Origin: Scenedesmus sp. PABB004
Lineage: Eukaryota
Assembly: GCA_014905635.1 (NCBI GenBank)
Contig: JABVCE010000035.1
Span: forward strand, 248,001-312,000
Direction of reading: 5' to 3'
DNA: 64,000 bases
Shown: positions 60,641 through 64,000 of the stretch, one piece after another
Position numbering within the stretch: position 1 is the stretch's first letter
How the letters are laid out: every line of letters begins with the position of its first letter
The notes under the pieces: model-generated
Told to the model about the DNA's origin: nothing
The model's database searches: none
What the model saw: the letters and a program-made list of their open reading frames with translations, nothing else
Translations under genes and position numbers: made by a program

Positions 60641-63092
60641 TCACGCCTTGCCCGGCTTTCGCTTGCCCGGTGACTTGCCGCCGCTGCCGCCGCCCTTGGC
60701 TGCCTTCTGCGCCGCGACCTTCTTCCTCAGGCGACCGGGCAGCGCCTTGCGCCGGCCCGTCTTCGCCGCCAGCCGCGACGCAAAGCCGCGGCCGCCGCCG
60801 TCGTCGCTGTCGGTGCTGCTGCCGCCGCCCGGCGCCGCGCCGGCACCGCCGCCGCCGCCGTCGTCGTCCGACGCGTCCGACGCGTCGGCAAACGCGCCGC
60901 GCCGCCGCGCCAGCCCGGGGAGCGGCGGCAGCTTGGGCTTGGCCGCGGGCTTGGCCGCCGCCTGCGCCGTCTGCTGCTTCTTCTTCGCCGCCGCGGGCGG
61001 CACCGCGGGCGCCGCCGCGGGCGCGCGTGCTGCGTCGCGGTAGTACCCTTGGCCCCTGCTGCCGCGCGTGAACACCATGCCGGGCCGGGGCCCCGCCCAG
61101 CGCGGCGCGGGGAGGAACTCCGTCGCGGCGGCGGCTGCGCCGCCGCCGCCCCGCCGCCGCCGGCCGCCGTCGACGCGGCGTGCGGGACGAGCAGCGCGTC
61201 GCCCGGCCGCGCCTTGGACGCGCGCGCCTTCTTCTTGGCCGGGCCGCCGCCGGTGAGCGCGAGCGCGAGCTCCAGCTGCCCCTCGAGGGCGGCGCCGTGC
61301 GGCGCCGTGCGCTTGCCCGGCTTCGCCTGGCCCTCGCGCGTCCGCGCCAGCAGGCCCTCGTGCAGGTCCTCCGGCACAGCGGCGGCGCGGTCGCCGCCGT
61401 CGCCGCCGCCGGCGGCGGCCGCGGCCGCCTCCTCCTCGTCGCTGTCGGCGGCGCCGCGGGCGGCGTCCGGCAGGGCCTTGCCCGCCGCCGCGAGCGCCGC
61501 CTCGGCCTGCGCCCACGCCTGCGCGAGCGCGTGGAGGTTGGGGTCCACCGCCTGGCCGTGCGCCTCGAGCAGCGACACGAGCGGGCCCGCGAGCCGCGCC
61601 TGCGCCCAGCGGCGTCGGCGGCGGTGAGCGGCGGCGGTGAGCGTATGCGGCGCGCCGCCCCGCCGCGCCACCGCCCGCAGCGCCTGCTCTGCGGGCCGCC
61701 CGCCCGCTCCGCCGCCGCGCCGCCACCGCGTGCGCGCACCAGGGGGCGCGTGAAGAAGGAGAATGCGTGCCCCGCCGCCGCGAGGCGGCCGGTGCGGCCG
61801 ACGCGGTGCACGTAGGTCTCGAGGTTGCTGGGCAGGTCGTAGTTCACGACGTACGGCAGGCCCCGGATGTCGAGGCCGCGCCCCGCGACGTCCGACGCGA
61901 CGAGCACCTGGCGGCCGCGGGCGCGGGCCGCCGCGGGGCGCCGCGGGCGCCGCAGGGTGCGGCGTGGCGAGGTCGGCCGGTCAGTTGCGTGGGCGAGAGG
62001 GCTCGGCCGGGAGCGGCACAGAGTGAGGGAGAGAGGGAGAGAGAGGGACGGACAAAAGGGAGAATGCCCGGTGCGAAAACAACCCGCCGCACACGGGGGA
62101 GGTGCGGCGCGTCCAGGAGCGCCGGCCGCGCGCGGGTGCTGTGCGGGGGCGCCGCGCGCCCGGCGTGCCGGCTGGCAGTACGGCAGCCGGGCGGCTAGTG
62201 TGGGCGCGGCCCCGCCGGCGCGTGCGCGCGCGCGCGCCGCGCGCTGCGTGCCCCCGGCCGCCGCCGCGCCGCGCCCTGTGGCACCGCACCCGCCCGCGCA
62301 CCTGCGCCTTGCCGGCTTTGAAGTCCGCCACCGCCGCTTCGCGCTCCGCCTGGGTGCGCTTGCCGTGCAGCGCGACCGCGCGGTAGCCCTCCGCCACGAG
62401 CGTGCGGTGCACAAACGCCACGGTCTGGCGCGCGGCGCCGCGGCGGGCGGTGAGGCGGGCGGTGCGGCGGCGGTCGCGCCAGCCCGCGCGCGCGCCCGCG
62501 CCGGAGCGGCCCCCACCCTCCGCGCGCGCCGCGGGCCCTGCCACGCCGCGGCGCGGCCGGCGCGGCGCGCGGCGTCGGGCGCGCGGCGGCGTGCCGCCGC
62601 ACCTTGATACGGTTGGCAAAGACCATCACGCGAGGCGGGTTGCGCAGGCCCGCTGCCGCGGCCTTGATGGACGCGAGGTGCTTCAGCAGCTTGGCCGGCT
62701 TCTTGTGCTCCGCGCACACGTGCACCACCTGCCAACCAGCCGGCCGGGCGGCGGGGCGGCGGGGCGCGTTGGCGCCGCGCGTCGGCAATCGGCGGCGCGC
62801 AGCAGCACGGGCGCGGCGGCGCGGACGCGGCGGAGCCCGGCGGGCGGGCCGCCCACCTGCGTGACGCTGCGGCTGATGGCGTCCGCGCCGCCCGCCGCGC
62901 GCACGCGCGCCGCGCCCGGCGCGAGCCACGCCGCCGCGGTCGCCAGCACCGCGTCCGGCAGCGTCGCCGTGAACAGCAGCACCTGCGGCCGCGGCGCGCC
63001 GCCGGCGCCGCCGCCGCCGCCGCCAGCAGCCTCGTCCGTGCTGCTGCGCGGCTGCTGCTTGTTGTCCTTGGCCCCCTTCTTCTTCTTCTTGC

Positions 63093-63138
<46 letters not shown>

Positions 63139-64000
63139 GCTGCCGCCGGCGGCACGCCTGGCCGCGGCGCGGCCGTTCAGCAGCAGGCGCTTGAGGATGG
63201 CGAGCTGCGGCTCAAAGCCGACCGAGAGCATCTTGTCGGCCTCGTCGAGCACCACGCAGCGCACAGCGCCCAGGCCCACCTCGCCGCCCTGCACCAGGTC
63301 CAGCAGCCGGCCGGGCGTGGCCACGACGACGCGCGGGCGGCGCGCCGCGAGCGCCGCCGCCTGCGCGCCGCGGTCGGCGCCGCCCGTGACGGCCGCGGCG
63401 GCCGCGCCCGACACCGCCGCGAGCGCGGCGGCCTGCGCCGCGACCTGCTGCGCGAGCTCGCGCGACGGCACGAGCACCAGCACGCGCGGCGCCACCGCGC
63501 CGCCGCCGTCCGCCGCGTCGCCGCCGTCGCCGCCGTCGTCGCCGGCCGCGTGGCGCGCGAGGGCGGGCAGCAGGTAAGCGAGCGTCTTGCCGCTGCCCGG
63601 CTCCGCGACGCCCTGCAGGTCACGGCCCGCGCACGCGTGCGGCCACGCCGCGCCCTGGATCGGCGTCGGCTCGGCGTGCCCCAGCCGCGCCATGCAGCGC
63701 GCGAGCAGCGGGGGCAGGCTCGCCGCGAGCGCCGCGAGCGCCGGCGCCGCCGCGACGGTCTCATCGAGCGCCTGGTGCGCCGCGGCGCGGCGCGCCGACG
63801 ACGCCGCGCCCGCGCGCGCCGCGCTCTCCTTGGCCGCCGCCGAGGGGTCCAGCAGGCGCACGCCTGCGCCGGCACGGGCACGCGCAGACGGCAGGCGGCG
63901 GCGGCGGCGCTCGGCAGGCGGACGACGGCGGCGGACGACGGCGGCAGAAGGTGCCGCCTGTGGCGGCCGTCGTCGCGCACCTGTGGAGAGCTTGGGCTTC
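60641..64000 (-). CDS. DEAD-box RNA helicase, 5' end beyond the right edge; multi-exon
   Basis: [69 protein letters not shown]; Lys-rich C terminus ending KRKPGKA* at 60641. Confidence 0.95.

Overview
Eukaryotic nuclear DNA of extreme GC content (roughly 80% by eye), gene-dense and intron-rich, most consistent with a chlorophycean green alga (plastid-targeted UGP3 and OPR proteins, TGTAA poly(A) signals, a basal-body-type Sfi1 protein). The order Sphaeropleales is my inference only. Most long ORFs in the supplied track are GC artefacts, so I rebuilt the genes by hand from spliced exons. I find 18 protein-coding genes: class II HDAC (partial), DDB1/RSE1/CPSF-A-like, proton-pump-interactor-like, OPR protein, prolyl-4-hydroxylase-like, 4-RRM+PAM2 protein, GT90 glycosyltransferase, UGP3, FAD-oxidoreductase-Rieske fusion, STE20/BLUS1-like kinase, a small secreted protein, a DUF3253 protein, U-box E3, aquaporin, two-FAS1 protein, membrin, LRR-Sfi1-coiled-coil protein and a DEAD-box helicase (partial). 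The main finding is a three-exon minus-strand gene (45705-45064) that the ORF track does not recover as a gene. It encodes a DUF3253 protein with an in-frame UGA at the family's conserved Cys position (T-C-U-P-S-E) and has a canonical eukaryotic SECIS in its 3' UTR (44942-45035). This makes it a candidate new, probably nuclear, selenoprotein family. Also notable: very frequent GC-AG introns, CCG tracts between branch point and acceptor, telomere-like repeats in introns, and several homopolymer frameshifts that look like assembly errors.
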